NCBI GenBank assembly: GCA_034520945.1
Contig: JAXHNB010000005.1
Coordinates: 288,001 to 352,000, forward strand
Length of the DNA stretch: 64,000 nt
Direction of reading: 5' to 3'
From: Trueperaceae bacterium
GTDB lineage: Bacteria; Deinococcota; Deinococci; Deinococcales; Trueperaceae
Part shown: positions 1 to 9,925 of the stretch, piece after piece
How the letters are laid out: the number at the start of each line of letters is the position of its first letter
Numbering within the stretch: the first letter of the stretch is position 1
Made by a program: the position numbers and the translations under genes
Notes under the pieces: generated by a model
Database searches by the model: none
What the model was told of the DNA's origin: nothing
Seen by the model: only the letters and a program-made list of their open reading frames with translations

Positions 1-798
1 CCCCAGGGCCCCGAAGGCGATCCCGTAGCGCGCCTGGTTCAGGCACGACAGGGCGCCCCCCAGTCCGACGACGTCCAAGCGGTCCGCGTCCGGGACGGCA
101 ACGTCGTCCAGCCGAAGCTCGCTGGTCACGCTGGCCCGCATCGACGCCTTGGTCTTGATGTCCTCGGCGGAGAACCCGTCCGCGTCGGTCGGCACGGCGA
201 AGCCCAGCACCCGGCCGGAGTCGTCGTCACGGGCCCACACGATCGCGACGTCGGCCCGGCTGCCGCTGGTGATCCAGCGCTTCACGCCGCGGATCACCCA
301 GTCGCCTCCGACCTGGTGACAGCGCGTGGTCATGGCGGCCGGGTCGCTGCCGGCGTCCGGTTCGGTGAGGCCGAAACAGCCGATCGCCTCGCCGCGCGCC
401 AACGGCGGCAGCCAGCGGGTGCGGAGCGCCTCCGACCCGTAGGTGTGGATCGGCCACATCACCAGGCTGGACTGCACGCTCACGAAGCTTCGCAGGCCGC
501 TGTCGGCGTACTCGAGCTCCCGGTTCACCAGCCCGTACGCGGTGTGCGAGGCGCCCGCCCCCCCGTACGCCTCGGGCAACGCCACGCCCAGCATGCCCAT
601 CTCGCCGAAGGCGCGCGGGAGGTGCTCCGGGAAGATCCCCTCGCGCCACCATTCGCCCACGTGCGGGAGAAGCTCGCCCTGCACGAACTCGCGCACGCTG
701 TCTCGGATCATGCGCTCTTCCGGGGCGTACAGGCCGTCGATCTCGTAGAAGTCCTGGAGCTCGCGCCCCGTCTTGGTCTCGCTCGGTGCGGGGGTCAT
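1..798 (-). CDS. Acyl-CoA dehydrogenase, glutaryl-CoA dehydrogenase-like (C-terminus runs off the window)
   Basis: Manual translation from ATG at 798: MTPAPSETKTGRELQDFYEIDGLY...ELEYADSGLRSFVSVQSSLVMWPI...GCFGLTEPDAGSDPAAM...GVKRWIT. These are ACAD motifs. Not in the ORF track because it is truncated. Confidence 0.9.
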   Translation of the reverse strand, partial: MTPAPSETKTGRELQDFYEIDGLYAPEERMIRDSVREFVQGELLPHVGEWWREGIFPEHLPRAFGEMGMLGVALPEAYGGAGASHTAYGLVNRELEYADSGLRSFVSVQSSLVMWPIHTYGSEALRTRWLPPLARGEAIGCFGLTEPDAGSDPAAMTTRCHQVGGDWVIRGVKRWITSGSRADVAIVWARDDDSGRVLGFAVPTDADGFSAEDIKTKASMRASVTSELRLDDVAVPDADRLDVVGLGGALSCLNQARYGIAFGALG

Positions 799-817
799 GG
801 CGTCCTTTCGAAGCGGT

Positions 818-1060
818 TCACTCGCCGAACAGTCGGCGAAGCGCGTCGGCCTTGTCGGTCTTCGGCACGCAGGCGTAGCGGCCGTCCGTGGTTTCACGCA
901 CGCGCTCCGCCTCCACCAGGGCGGTGAGGGAGGCTTCGATCGTGTCGGGGGCGAGCTCGTCGCCGTGCACGTCGTCGATCCAGCGTTGAATCTCCCGTAG
1001 CGTGGCGCCACGCTCGCCGGAGGATTCGACGGCTTCGAACACCCACTCGTCGACGGTCAT
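818..1060 (-). CDS. Small acidic hypothetical protein (80 aa), probable winged helix
   Basis: MTVDEWVFEAVESSGERGATLREIQRWIDD...IEASLTALVEAERVRETTDGRY. TACACT -10 box lies 6 nt upstream of the ATG. Confidence 0.7.
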   Translation of the reverse strand: MTVDEWVFEAVESSGERGATLREIQRWIDDVHGDELAPDTIEASLTALVEAERVRETTDGRYACVPKTDKADALRRLFGE

Positions 1061-1112
1061 GGCGCGAGTGTACCGGCACGCGGGGGTGTGGGAGCCGGAC
1101 CGCGACGGGGCG

Positions 1113-2099
1113 TCACGAGGTGCGCGCGACCCCGCCCTCCGGTGCGTCGTCGGGGTCGCGGCGGTAGACCTCGCGCGGCCCGGAGGAGGCCTTCGACCAG
1201 GGGGGCGTACGGTCCATCCGGATCGCATCCACCGGGCAGGCCGAGACGCAGGCGTCACAACCGATGCACGCGGCGGGGTCCAGCACCAACGCCCCGCCCC
1301 CGTTCGCGTCGAACGTGCGCGAGAACGCGTCGGTCGGGCATACCCGCGTACAGACCGGACACAGGATGCACGTCTCGTCGACGTCGGGGACCGGCCAGGG
1401 TACGTGCGTCTCGGGCACCAGATCGGACAGTTCGAGCGCACGCCAACGCCGGGCCGGCTCCTCGGGGAGGTCGTCCTCCTCGCCGCCTGGATCCAGCGGG
1501 GCGAGCGCGTCGGCGGCACTGCGCGCGACGTTTCTCCAGCCTCCCTGCAGCAGGCTGCGACGGTCCATGCGTTCCTGCGTGCCCGTGTCGTCCTGGCGAT
1601 CGGTGACCTCGACGCGGATGGTGCGTTCGACGCCCCGCAACGCGAGCAATTCCTGGGCGTCGGCCACCACCCCGTCGATCGCTTCGGCCACCGCGGCGTT
1701 GCCGATCGGGCAATCCGCGCACTCGGCGCGTGCGAGGGTGACCTCGTCGTGTCCACGGACGAGGCGGTGCAGATCGCTGGGGCGTAGCCGGCCCAGGCAG
1801 TGCACCGTTTGTGCGTTCCCCTCGACCTGCGAGCACTTGACCGAACCCGTGCTCGGCAGCCGAACGTTGGAGGTCAGGGCCTCCGACGGGCATGCCTGCA
1901 GGCACAACCCGCAGCCGCTACAGTCCACGTCGTCGATCTCGACGCCGCGGCTACGTACGGTCACGGCGTCGTGGGGACATACTTCGGCGCAGCGCCGGCA
2001 GGCGGCCGGAGACTGCCGTACCGCCAGGCACCGTGACTTCGTGAACGTGGGCCGCACGTCAGCCGCACGAAACACGTAATTCAGCAGGTCGTCGAACAT
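1113..2099 (-). CDS. Multi-[4Fe-4S] ferredoxin-like protein
   Basis: Multiple CxxCxxCxxxCP motifs (CSGCGLCLQACP, CILCPVCTRVCP, CIGCDACVSACP) plus extra Cys clusters. Confidence 0.9.
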   Translation of the reverse strand: MFDDLLNYVFRAADVRPTFTKSRCLAVRQSPAACRRCAEVCPHDAVTVRSRGVEIDDVDCSGCGLCLQACPSEALTSNVRLPSTGSVKCSQVEGNAQTVHCLGRLRPSDLHRLVRGHDEVTLARAECADCPIGNAAVAEAIDGVVADAQELLALRGVERTIRVEVTDRQDDTGTQERMDRRSLLQGGWRNVARSAADALAPLDPGGEEDDLPEEPARRWRALELSDLVPETHVPWPVPDVDETCILCPVCTRVCPTDAFSRTFDANGGGALVLDPAACIGCDACVSACPVDAIRMDRTPPWSKASSGPREVYRRDPDDAPEGGVARTS

Positions 2100-2143
2100 C
2101 CTCGCCTACCCACGTCTCTGAAGCGTCGGGGAACGCGTAGGCA

Positions 2144-3244
2144 TCAGAAGCCGTACACCTCGTGTCGCTCGGGGGTGAGCTTCTTGTGGTAGCCGGTCGC
2201 CTCGAGGTAGGCGTCGAAGTCGTCGAAGTCGACTTGCTGCTTCTGGTCGGACAGCGCCACGGCTGGGTTGGGGTGTACCTCGACCATGATCCCGTTGGCC
2301 CCAACGGCGAGCCCCGCCTTGGTGAGGGGGACCAGCAGGTCGCGACGTCCACCGGAGTGCGTCACGTCCACGATCACGGGAAGATGGGTCTCGAGCTTGG
2401 CCAGCGCGACGCTGGACACGTCCAACGTGTTGCGGGTCGTCGGTTCGTAGGTGCGGATCCCCCGTTCGCAGAGGATCACGTTGGGGTTGCCTTCGTACAG
2501 CAGGTACTCGGCGGCCATCACCCATTCCTGCACGGTCGCGGCCAGGCCGCGCTTGAGCAGGATGGGTCGGCTGCTGCGCCCGAGGGCACGGAGCAGGGTG
2601 AAGTTGTGCATGTTGCGCGCGCCGACCTGCAACACGTCGACGTATTCCTCGAACGCGGGAAGGTCACGCGCATCCATGATCTCGGCCACGAAGCCCAGGC
2701 CGTGCGCGTCGCACGCTTCCCGGCCCAGCTTGAGGCCTTCGACCCCCAGGCCTTGGAAGGAATAGGGGTCGGTCCGCGGTTTGAACGCGCCACCACGGAA
2801 CAGGCGTACGCCGCGCGACGCCATCCGCTCGGCGGTCAGCATCACCTGCTCGCGCGACTCGATCGCGCAGGGACCGGCGATGAGGACGGGCGACTCGCCG
2901 TTGCCGACGCGGACGTCGCCGATCTCGACGTGCGTGTCGTGCTCTGGGGACCGGCGCGAGATGAGGTAGCTTTTCTTGTCCTGCTCCTGCTCCAGGTGCA
3001 TCGACGCCTGGAAGATCTGTTTGAACAGGCTCTTTACGGTGGCGTCGTCGAACGGCCCGCGATTGGCCTCGGTCAGGGTCTCCAACATCTCTTGCTCGCG
3101 GATTGGGTCGTAATGGGACGAGCCCGCCTTGGTCTGGAGCTCCCCGATCGATTCCGCGATCTCGGCGCGTCGTGAGAGGAGTTCGAGAATCTCGAGGTTC
3201 AGCGAGTCGATCTCATTCCGGAGGCTCCGGATCTGATGTTCCAT
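2144..3244 (-). CDS. Bifunctional chorismate mutase / DAHP synthase (type I-beta, Bacillus AroA-like)
   Basis: N-terminal CM domain (LRNEIDSLNLEILELLSRRAEIA, YDPIREQEML); IAGPCAIES, GGAFKPRT, QVGARNM, ILCERGIR. Confidence 0.93.
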   Translation of the reverse strand: MEHQIRSLRNEIDSLNLEILELLSRRAEIAESIGELQTKAGSSHYDPIREQEMLETLTEANRGPFDDATVKSLFKQIFQASMHLEQEQDKKSYLISRRSPEHDTHVEIGDVRVGNGESPVLIAGPCAIESREQVMLTAERMASRGVRLFRGGAFKPRTDPYSFQGLGVEGLKLGREACDAHGLGFVAEIMDARDLPAFEEYVDVLQVGARNMHNFTLLRALGRSSRPILLKRGLAATVQEWVMAAEYLLYEGNPNVILCERGIRTYEPTTRNTLDVSSVALAKLETHLPVIVDVTHSGGRRDLLVPLTKAGLAVGANGIMVEVHPNPAVALSDQKQQVDFDDFDAYLEATGYHKKLTPERHEVYGF

Positions 3245-3941
3245 GGCGTTCCTTCCGCTGTGAGAGACGCACGACGACGATACTGAGCTCGTAGAGTATC
3301 ACGAGCGGCCCGGCCACCAGCGCGAAGTTGAAGGGGTCCCCCGTCGGCGTGATCACGGCCGCCAACGCCAAGCCCGTCACCAAGGCCCACTTGCGCTGAC
3401 GGACCATCACCGGATGCTGCAGGAGGCCGATGCGGGCCAGGAGGAAGGCCAAGACCGGCATTTCGAACATCACGCCGAACACGGCCATCAGCGTCAGCAG
3501 ATTGGTGATGTAGCGCCCGATCGACAGCAGCCCCTGCGCCTGTTCGCCCAGGAACCCGAGGAGGATCGGGATCGTGAACGGGAGGACGACGTAATACGAG
3601 AACAGGACGCCGGATGCGAACGCCAAGGCCGTAAGCGCGATGAACGGCACGGCGTAGCGGCGTTCTTCGGGGTAGAGGCCGGGGGCGATGAAGCCCCAGA
3701 TCTGCGACACGATCGCTGGCGACGCCAGCACCAATCCGAAGAACGAGGCGATCTGCATACTGGTGACGAACGGCTCGAGGATCGAGAAGTAGTTCAGCGT
3801 CATCGCGTCGGGCAGCGGAGCCTGCAACCACGCGAGCACGCGGAACCGGAAGATGAAGGTGATCCCTGCCGCCACCACCCACGCGCCGAGCGATACGAAC
3901 AAGCGGGTGCGGAGCTCGGCGAAGTGATCGATCAGCGTCAT
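3213..3941 (-). CDS. tatC: Twin-arginine translocase subunit TatC
   Basis: MTLIDHFAELRTRL, QIWGFIAPGLYPEERR, FEMP, AAVITPTGDP, LYELSI. Confidence 0.95.
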   Translation of the reverse strand: MTLIDHFAELRTRLFVSLGAWVVAAGITFIFRFRVLAWLQAPLPDAMTLNYFSILEPFVTSMQIASFFGLVLASPAIVSQIWGFIAPGLYPEERRYAVPFIALTALAFASGVLFSYYVVLPFTIPILLGFLGEQAQGLLSIGRYITNLLTLMAVFGVMFEMPVLAFLLARIGLLQHPVMVRQRKWALVTGLALAAVITPTGDPFNFALVAGPLVILYELSIVVVRLSQRKERHGTSDPEPPE

Positions 3942-4019
3942 GGTGAAAGGCTACCTTGCACACGAACCCCCCGCCCGCGGCTGCGACGGCGCCACGCTGA
4001 CAGGATCTGGGGGGGTGGT

Positions 4020-4379
4020 TCAGGCCTCGGGCGCGGCCGTCTTCGAGCGGGTCTTCTCCTCGGTGCGGTCCTGTTCGCCTTCGCCGGCCGGCGCTTCTTC
4101 GGTGGCCTCGGCGGCCTGCGCGTCGGCGGGTTCCTCGGTGGGCTCGGAGCGGGGCGCCGCGGGTGCGGCCTTCGCGGCCGTCCTCTCCCGTTCGGACGTG
4201 CCTTCCGCGCCCTCCTCGAAGTCCTCCTTCATGTCACGAACGCCCTTTCGGAACTCGCGGACCGACTGCCCGATTCCTTTGGCCATCTCGGGAAGGCGGC
4301 GCGGGCCGAAAATCAACAAGACCACCACCAGGATGATCAGCAGTTCCCAAATGCCAAGCGGACCGATGCGCATACCCAC
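4020..4379 (-). CDS. tatA: Twin-arginine translocase subunit TatA/E
   Basis: GIWELLIILVVVLLIFGPRRLPEMAKGIGQSVREFRKG; AGGAGG RBS; extended -10 TGcTAGCGT upstream. Confidence 0.93.
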   Translation of the reverse strand: MGMRIGPLGIWELLIILVVVLLIFGPRRLPEMAKGIGQSVREFRKGVRDMKEDFEEGAEGTSERERTAAKAAPAAPRSEPTEEPADAQAAEATEEAPAGEGEQDRTEEKTRSKTAAPEA

Positions 4380-4586
4380 GACCTCCTAAACAAACGCTAG
4401 CACGATCGTCGGTACCAGGGAGGGCCGAACGTCCGGGGCGGGTTCGCGTCCAGCGCTACGCGCATCGATCGTTCGGCTCGCCCGTCCTGGTGGCCCGTCG
4501 TAGGGGGCGACGGCGATGCCATGGAGCGGCCCGTCCCCCGATGGCGGCGCGCCGGTTCCGGCCTTCGTGGACCCGAGAATCCGTTG

Positions 4587-4615
4587 TTGACACCCCCATG
4601 GGCCCATGCTAGGCT
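4587..4615 (+). promoter_or_regulatory. Sigma-A promoter of the tRNA-tuf operon
   Basis: TTGACA (4587-4592), 17 nt spacer, TAGGCT (4610-4615) preceded by an extended TG. Confidence 0.8.
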
Positions 4616-4665
4616 TCCCCTCCGGACGTTGGCTCATGGCGTCTGGACGCTGCCGCGAGGAGGAT

Positions 4666-4741
4666 GCCACCCTAGCTCAATTGGCAGAGCATCCGACTTG
4701 TAATCGGAAGGTTGTCGGTTCGACTCCGATGGGTGGCTCCA
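4666..4741 (+). tRNA. tRNA-Thr(UGU)
   Basis: Cloverleaf GCCACCC...GGGTGGC, anticodon loop CT TGT AA, GGTTCGAC T-loop, encoded CCA. Confidence 0.96.
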
Positions 4742-4779
4742 GCACCGTGACCGAGGTCCGCGCGGCTCCGGGTTCGCCC

Positions 4780-4864
4780 GGGCAGGTGCCCGAGTGGTTA
4801 AAGGGGACGGTCTGTAAAACCGTTGGCTACGCCTTCGCTGGTTCGAATCCAGCCCTGCCCACCA
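4780..4864 (+). tRNA. tRNA-Tyr(GUA)
   Basis: GGGCAGG...CCTGCCC ACCA, loop CT GTA AA, long variable arm. Confidence 0.96.
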
Positions 4865-4927
4865 CGCTAGGAGCCGTTCCGGGGGCGCGCCTCCGGGGGT
4901 CCGGGTCCGGGGTCCGCCCCGATCCGT

Positions 4928-5003
<76 letters not shown>

Positions 5004-5047
5004 AGCATCTCCGGCTGCCGTCGGAGGTGCGCTCGGGTCCCGAGTAG

Positions 5048-5122
<75 letters not shown>

Positions 5123-5239
5123 ATCTGGATCCCAGGCCCGCGTGATCGGCACGGAGCGTCCGGCCGGTCACGCAGATGCTGCCGCCGCGCCTGACGTACG
5201 ACACCCTCCCAGGCCGGCCCCCAGGAAAGGACGATTGTC

Positions 5240-6457
5240 ATGGCGAAAGCGACGTTTGAGCGTTCGAAGCCGCATGTGAATGTGGGGACGATTGGGCATG
5301 TGGATCATGGGAAGACGACGTTGACGGCTGCGATTACGTTTGCGGCTGCGGCGGCGGATCCGTCTGCTGAGACGATGTCGTATGAGCAGATCGATAAGGC
5401 GCCGGAGGAGAAGGCGCGGGGGATTACGATTAATACGGCGCATGTGGAGTATCAGACGGGGGCGCGTCATTATTCGCATGTGGATTGTCCGGGGCATGCG
5501 GATTATGTGAAGAACATGATTACGGGGGCGGCGCAGATGGATGGTGCGGTGTTGGTGGTGTCGGCGGCGGATGGGCCGATGCCGCAGACGCGTGAGCATA
5601 TTTTGTTGGCGCGTCAGGTGGGGGTGCCGTATGTGGTGGTGTTTTTGAACAAGGTGGACATGGTGGATGATGAGGAGTTGTTGGAGTTGGTGGAGATGGA
5701 GGTGCGGGAGCTTTTGTCGAGTTATGAGTTCCCGGGGGATGATGTGCCGGTGGTGTCGGGGTCGGCGTTGAAGGCGTTGGAGGCGTTGGTGGCGAATCCG
5801 AATGTGCAGCGGGGTGAGGATTCGTGGGTGGATCAGGTTTGGTCGTTGATGGATGCGTTGGATGGGTATGTGCCGACGCCTGAGCGTGATGTGGATAAGC
5901 CGTTCTTGATGCCTGTGGAGGATGTGTTCACGATTACGGGTCGTGGGACGGTGGCGACGGGTCGTGTTGAGCGGGGTGTGGTGAAGACGGGGGATGAGGT
6001 CGAGATCGTGGGGTTGTCGGCGACGCGGAAGTCTGTGGTGACGGGTGTGGAGATGCATCGGAAGACGCTTCAGTCGGGGATGGCTGGGGATAATGTGGGG
6101 GTTTTGTTGCGGGGGGTTGCGCGTGATGAGGTGGCGCGGGGTCAGGTGTTGGCGAAGCCTGGGTCGATTACGCCGCATACGAAGTTTCGGGGGTCGGTGT
6201 ATGTGTTGCGGAAGGATGAGGGGGGTCGGCATAGTGCGTTTTTTGCGGGGTATCGGCCTCAGTTTTACTTTCGTACGACGGATGTGACGGGGGTGTGTAC
6301 GTTGCCGGGGGATGTGGAGATGGTGATGCCGGGGGATAATGTGGAGTTGTCGGTGTCGTTGATTAAGCCGATTGCGATGGAGGAGGGGTTGCGGTTTGCG
6401 ATTCGTGAGGGGGGTCGTACGGTGGGTGCGGGTGTCGTGACGGGGATCGAGGAGTAA
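5240..6457 (+). CDS. tuf: Elongation factor Tu (tufB-type locus)
   Basis: [41 protein letters not shown]; follows the Thr-Tyr-Gly-Thr tRNA block. Confidence 0.99.
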   Translation: MAKATFERSKPHVNVGTIGHVDHGKTTLTAAITFAAAAADPSAETMSYEQIDKAPEEKARGITINTAHVEYQTGARHYSHVDCPGHADYVKNMITGAAQMDGAVLVVSAADGPMPQTREHILLARQVGVPYVVVFLNKVDMVDDEELLELVEMEVRELLSSYEFPGDDVPVVSGSALKALEALVANPNVQRGEDSWVDQVWSLMDALDGYVPTPERDVDKPFLMPVEDVFTITGRGTVATGRVERGVVKTGDEVEIVGLSATRKSVVTGVEMHRKTLQSGMAGDNVGVLLRGVARDEVARGQVLAKPGSITPHTKFRGSVYVLRKDEGGRHSAFFAGYRPQFYFRTTDVTGVCTLPGDVEMVMPGDNVELSVSLIKPIAMEEGLRFAIREGGRTVGAGVVTGIEE

Positions 6458-6460
6458 GCC

Positions 6461-6500
6461 CGCGCGGCGGCCGGCTTGCGAAAGGGCCGGCCGCCGCGCG
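6461..6500 (+). terminator. GC-rich hairpin after tuf (probable terminator, weak U tract)
   Basis: 15-bp stem CGCGCGGCGGCCGGC / GCCGGCCGCCGCGCG. Confidence 0.65.
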
Positions 6501-6661
6501 TTGCGCGACACCGACCGGTGCGCGCAGATGCTAGGCTCGGTAGGTTGCCCCGGCGCGGTTCGTCGCGCTGAGCCGTCCGAACCCGTGCCGAGACCCCGCG
6601 CGGGGGTCCCTGGCACGGATTCACGAACGCCCGGAACGTACGCCCCGAACGGGAGAAGATC

Positions 6662-6826
6662 ATGGCCAGTGACGTCCGAATCAAACTGCTGTTGGAGTGC
6701 ACGGAGTGCAAGCGCCGCAACTACGCTACGCACAAGAACCGGCGCAACACCACGGCGAAGCTCCAGCTCCGCAAGTTCTGTCCGTGGGACCGCAAGCACA
6801 CCCCTCATCGCGAAGTGAAGGTGTGA
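6662..6826 (+). CDS. rpmG: 50S ribosomal protein L33
   Basis: Manual translation [54 protein letters not shown]; below the ORF-track cutoff. Confidence 0.96.
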   Translation: MASDVRIKLLLECTECKRRNYATHKNRRNTTAKLQLRKFCPWDRKHTPHREVKV

Positions 6827-6829
6827 GGC

Positions 6830-7009
6830 GTGAAGGCGATCCTGCGCTACTTGCGGAACTCCCGCGCCGAGCTCGGCCGCGTCACCTGGCCCACGCGGAA
6901 CGAAGTGATTCAGGCCACCCAGGCGACCCTGTTGTTCGTGCTGATCACGGTGGCGTTCCTTCTGGTGGCGGACACCACGCTCGGCAACCTCATCGGCCTG
7001 ATCACCTGA
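6830..7009 (+). CDS. secE: Preprotein translocase subunit SecE
   Basis: GTG start, ...YLRNSRAELGRVTWPTRNEV followed by one TM helix; sits between rpmG and nusG. Confidence 0.94.
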   Translation: MKAILRYLRNSRAELGRVTWPTRNEVIQATQATLLFVLITVAFLLVADTTLGNLIGLIT

Positions 7010-7048
7010 TCATCGCCGTGGGCGCCCCGGTCCCGGGAGGACGTTGAC

Positions 7049-7606
7049 GTGAGCATCGAATGGTACGCCGTCCATACCTACGTGGGCCACGAGGACAAGG
7101 TGAAGGACAACATCCAGAACCGGGCCAAGACGCTCGGGATCTCGGATCGGATCTACCAGGTGGTCGTGCCCAGCGAGGAGACGGTGGAGCATGCCGGCGG
7201 CGGCAAGCGCGAGGTGGTGAAGCGGAAGCTGTTTCCCGGCTACATCTTCGTGCAGATGGACCTCGGAGACGACCCCAACGAGCCCAACGAGGCCTGGGAG
7301 GTCGTGAGGTACACGCCGGGCGTGACCGGGTTCGTGGGCAGCTCCTCGCGGGCGGTGCCGCTCTCGCCGGAAGAGGAGCAGAGCATGTTGGGGACGTTCG
7401 GCATCACCGGCTCGAAGGCGGCCCCCAAGATCAAGGTCACCTTCTATCCCGGAGACACCGTGCAGGTCACGTCGGGACCGTTCGCGGACTTCACCGGCAT
7501 GGTGTCCGAGGTGAATCCGGAGCGGGGAACCCTCAAGGTGTTGGTGTCGATCTTCGGGCGGGAGACCCCGGTCGAACTCGATTTTGCGCAGGTCGTCAAG
7601 AGCTGA
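7049..7606 (+). CDS. nusG: Transcription termination/antitermination factor NusG
   Basis: [25 protein letters not shown] motif [18 protein letters not shown]. Confidence 0.98.
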   Translation: MSIEWYAVHTYVGHEDKVKDNIQNRAKTLGISDRIYQVVVPSEETVEHAGGGKREVVKRKLFPGYIFVQMDLGDDPNEPNEAWEVVRYTPGVTGFVGSSSRAVPLSPEEEQSMLGTFGITGSKAAPKIKVTFYPGDTVQVTSGPFADFTGMVSEVNPERGTLKVLVSIFGRETPVELDFAQVVKS

Positions 7607-7673
7607 CGGCTCCGAGGTGCACGCGTCATGACCCCGGCGGCGGCCACCGATCCGGGGGAGCGAAGGAGGAAGC

Positions 7674-8106
7674 ATGGCCAAGAAGGTCGCAGGAATCGTG
7701 AAACTGCAGCTGCCCGCGGGGGGCGCCACGCCGGCGCCGCCGGTGGGGCCGGCGCTCGGCCAATACGGCGCCAACATCATGCAGTTCGTCAAGGAGTACA
7801 ACGCCGCCACCGCCGATCAGGCGGGCGCGATCGTGCCGGTCGAGATCATTATCTTCTCCGACCGCTCGTTCACGTTCAAGATGAGGACGCCACCCGCCAG
7901 CTACCTGATCAAGCAGGCGGCGGGCATCGACAAGGGCTCGGGCGTGCCGCACAAGGAGAAGGTCGGCAGCATCAGCTGGGACCAGTGCCTCGAGATCGGC
8001 CGCCGCAAGATGAGCGACCTGAACGCCACCGACGAGTCGGCGGCCGCCCACATCATCGCGGGAAGCGCCCGCTCGATGGGCGTCGACGTGGAGGGAGCCC
8101 CCGCTG

Positions 8107-8114
<8 letters not shown>
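7674..8114 (+). CDS. rplK: 50S ribosomal protein L11
   Basis: [33 protein letters not shown]. Confidence 0.98.
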
Positions 8115-8790
<676 letters not shown>

Positions 8791-8855
8791 ATGAAAGGCA
8801 TCCCGGTGCGTAGCGGGGTGACGGCGCCCGGAGGGCGCCGCCCGAACCACCTGAT

Positions 8856-9000
8856 GGCGTTCGAGACAGCAGGGGCCGGCCAGGCTTAAAGATCCTGCCG
8901 AGGCGCTCGGGAGGCGATGGACGTCGCACCCGTTACGCCTCGCGGCACGTTCCGCCGCGCCCGTCGGGGCGGAACGAACGCAAGTGAGATACCGAGAAAG
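8856..9000 (+). promoter_or_regulatory. L10 leader (rplJL autoregulatory RNA)
   Basis: GAGACAGCAGG...CTTAAAGAT CCTGCCGAGG core matches the L10/(L12)n-binding leader motif; directly upstream of rplJ. Confidence 0.8.
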
Positions 9001-9006
9001 GTTCAC

Positions 9007-9537
9007 GTGGCCAATCCAAGAAACGAACGGACGATCGCCGCGCTCCGCGAGTTGCTCGCGGACGTGAAGACGTTCTTCCTCGTGGACTACCAGGGCTTGT
9101 CCGCAGGCGACCTTGGTCGCCTGCGCGCCGAAGTGCGCGATGCTGGCGGACGGATCCTCGTGGCGAAGAACACCCTCCTGGGCGTCGTGCTCGGCGAACA
9201 GGGCATCGAGGGGTTCGACGACACGCTCCGGGGGCCGACGGCCCTCGTGCTGATCGAGGAGGACCCGGTCGCCCCCGCCAAGGCGCTGATGGACTTCGCC
9301 AAGGGGCACCCCAAGAAGCTACCGACCGCCAAGGGCGGCATGCTGCAAGGGGGCCGGGTCGGCCCGGAGGCGCTGGCGCGCATCGCCACGCTGCCCAGCC
9401 GCGATCAGCTGCTCAGCGAGCTGGTCGGCGTCCTGGAGGCCCCGATGCGGCAGCTCGTGGGCGTCCTGCAGGGGCCTGAGCGAGACCTGGTGTCCGTGAT
9501 GACCAACCATTCCGACAACTTGAAGGAGGAGAACTGA
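9007..9537 (+). CDS. rplJ: 50S ribosomal protein L10
   Basis: GTG start after [32 protein letters not shown]. Confidence 0.96.
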   Translation: MANPRNERTIAALRELLADVKTFFLVDYQGLSAGDLGRLRAEVRDAGGRILVAKNTLLGVVLGEQGIEGFDDTLRGPTALVLIEEDPVAPAKALMDFAKGHPKKLPTAKGGMLQGGRVGPEALARIATLPSRDQLLSELVGVLEAPMRQLVGVLQGPERDLVSVMTNHSDNLKEEN

Positions 9538-9538
9538 G

Positions 9539-9925
9539 ATGGCATTCGACAAAGACGCAATGGTGGAACAACTCAGCGGGTTGACGGTCCTGGAACTCGT
9601 CGATCTGGTCGAGGCGCTCAAGGAGAAGTGGGGCGTCGAGGCGTCGGCCGCGATGCCCGCGGGCATGATGATGCCGCAGGGGGGCGCGCCCGCCGCGGAA
9701 GAGGCGGCCGAGGAGCAGACCGAGTTCACCGTCACCATCACCAGCGCGGGCGACAAGAAGCTCCAGGTGATCAAGGAGGTCCGCGGCATCACGCAGCTGG
9801 GTCTCAAGGAGGCCAAGGAGCTGGTCGAGTCGGGTGGCACGGTCAAGGAAGACGTGAGCAAGGACGAAGCCGACGAGATCAAGGAGAAGCTCGAAGCCGC
9901 GGGGGCGTCCGTCGAGGTCAAGTAA
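9539..9925 (+). CDS. rplL: 50S ribosomal protein L7/L12
   Basis: [33 protein letters not shown]. Confidence 0.98.
   Translation: MAFDKDAMVEQLSGLTVLELVDLVEALKEKWGVEASAAMPAGMMMPQGGAPAAEEAAEEQTEFTVTITSAGDKKLQVIKEVRGITQLGLKEAKELVESGGTVKEDVSKDEADEIKEKLEAAGASVEVK

Noticed and set aside
5240..6457. tuf as a horizontally acquired or contaminating segment
   Set aside because: It sits in the native tRNA-tuf-rpmG-secE-nusG context, has a 405-aa Deinococcota-type length, and has no mobility genes or junction repeats. Disfavoured, though only phylogeny and read mapping can exclude it.
5168..6808. 546-aa His/Arg/Pro-rich ORF antisense to tuf
   Set aside because: Shadow frame. The A/C-poor sense strand rarely produces antisense stop codons, and the product is low-complexity with no motifs.
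6540..6830. Expected tRNA-Trp near rpmG-secE
   Set aside because: No cloverleaf or T-loop found. rpmG and secE are 3 nt apart and the upstream hairpins do not form a tRNA.
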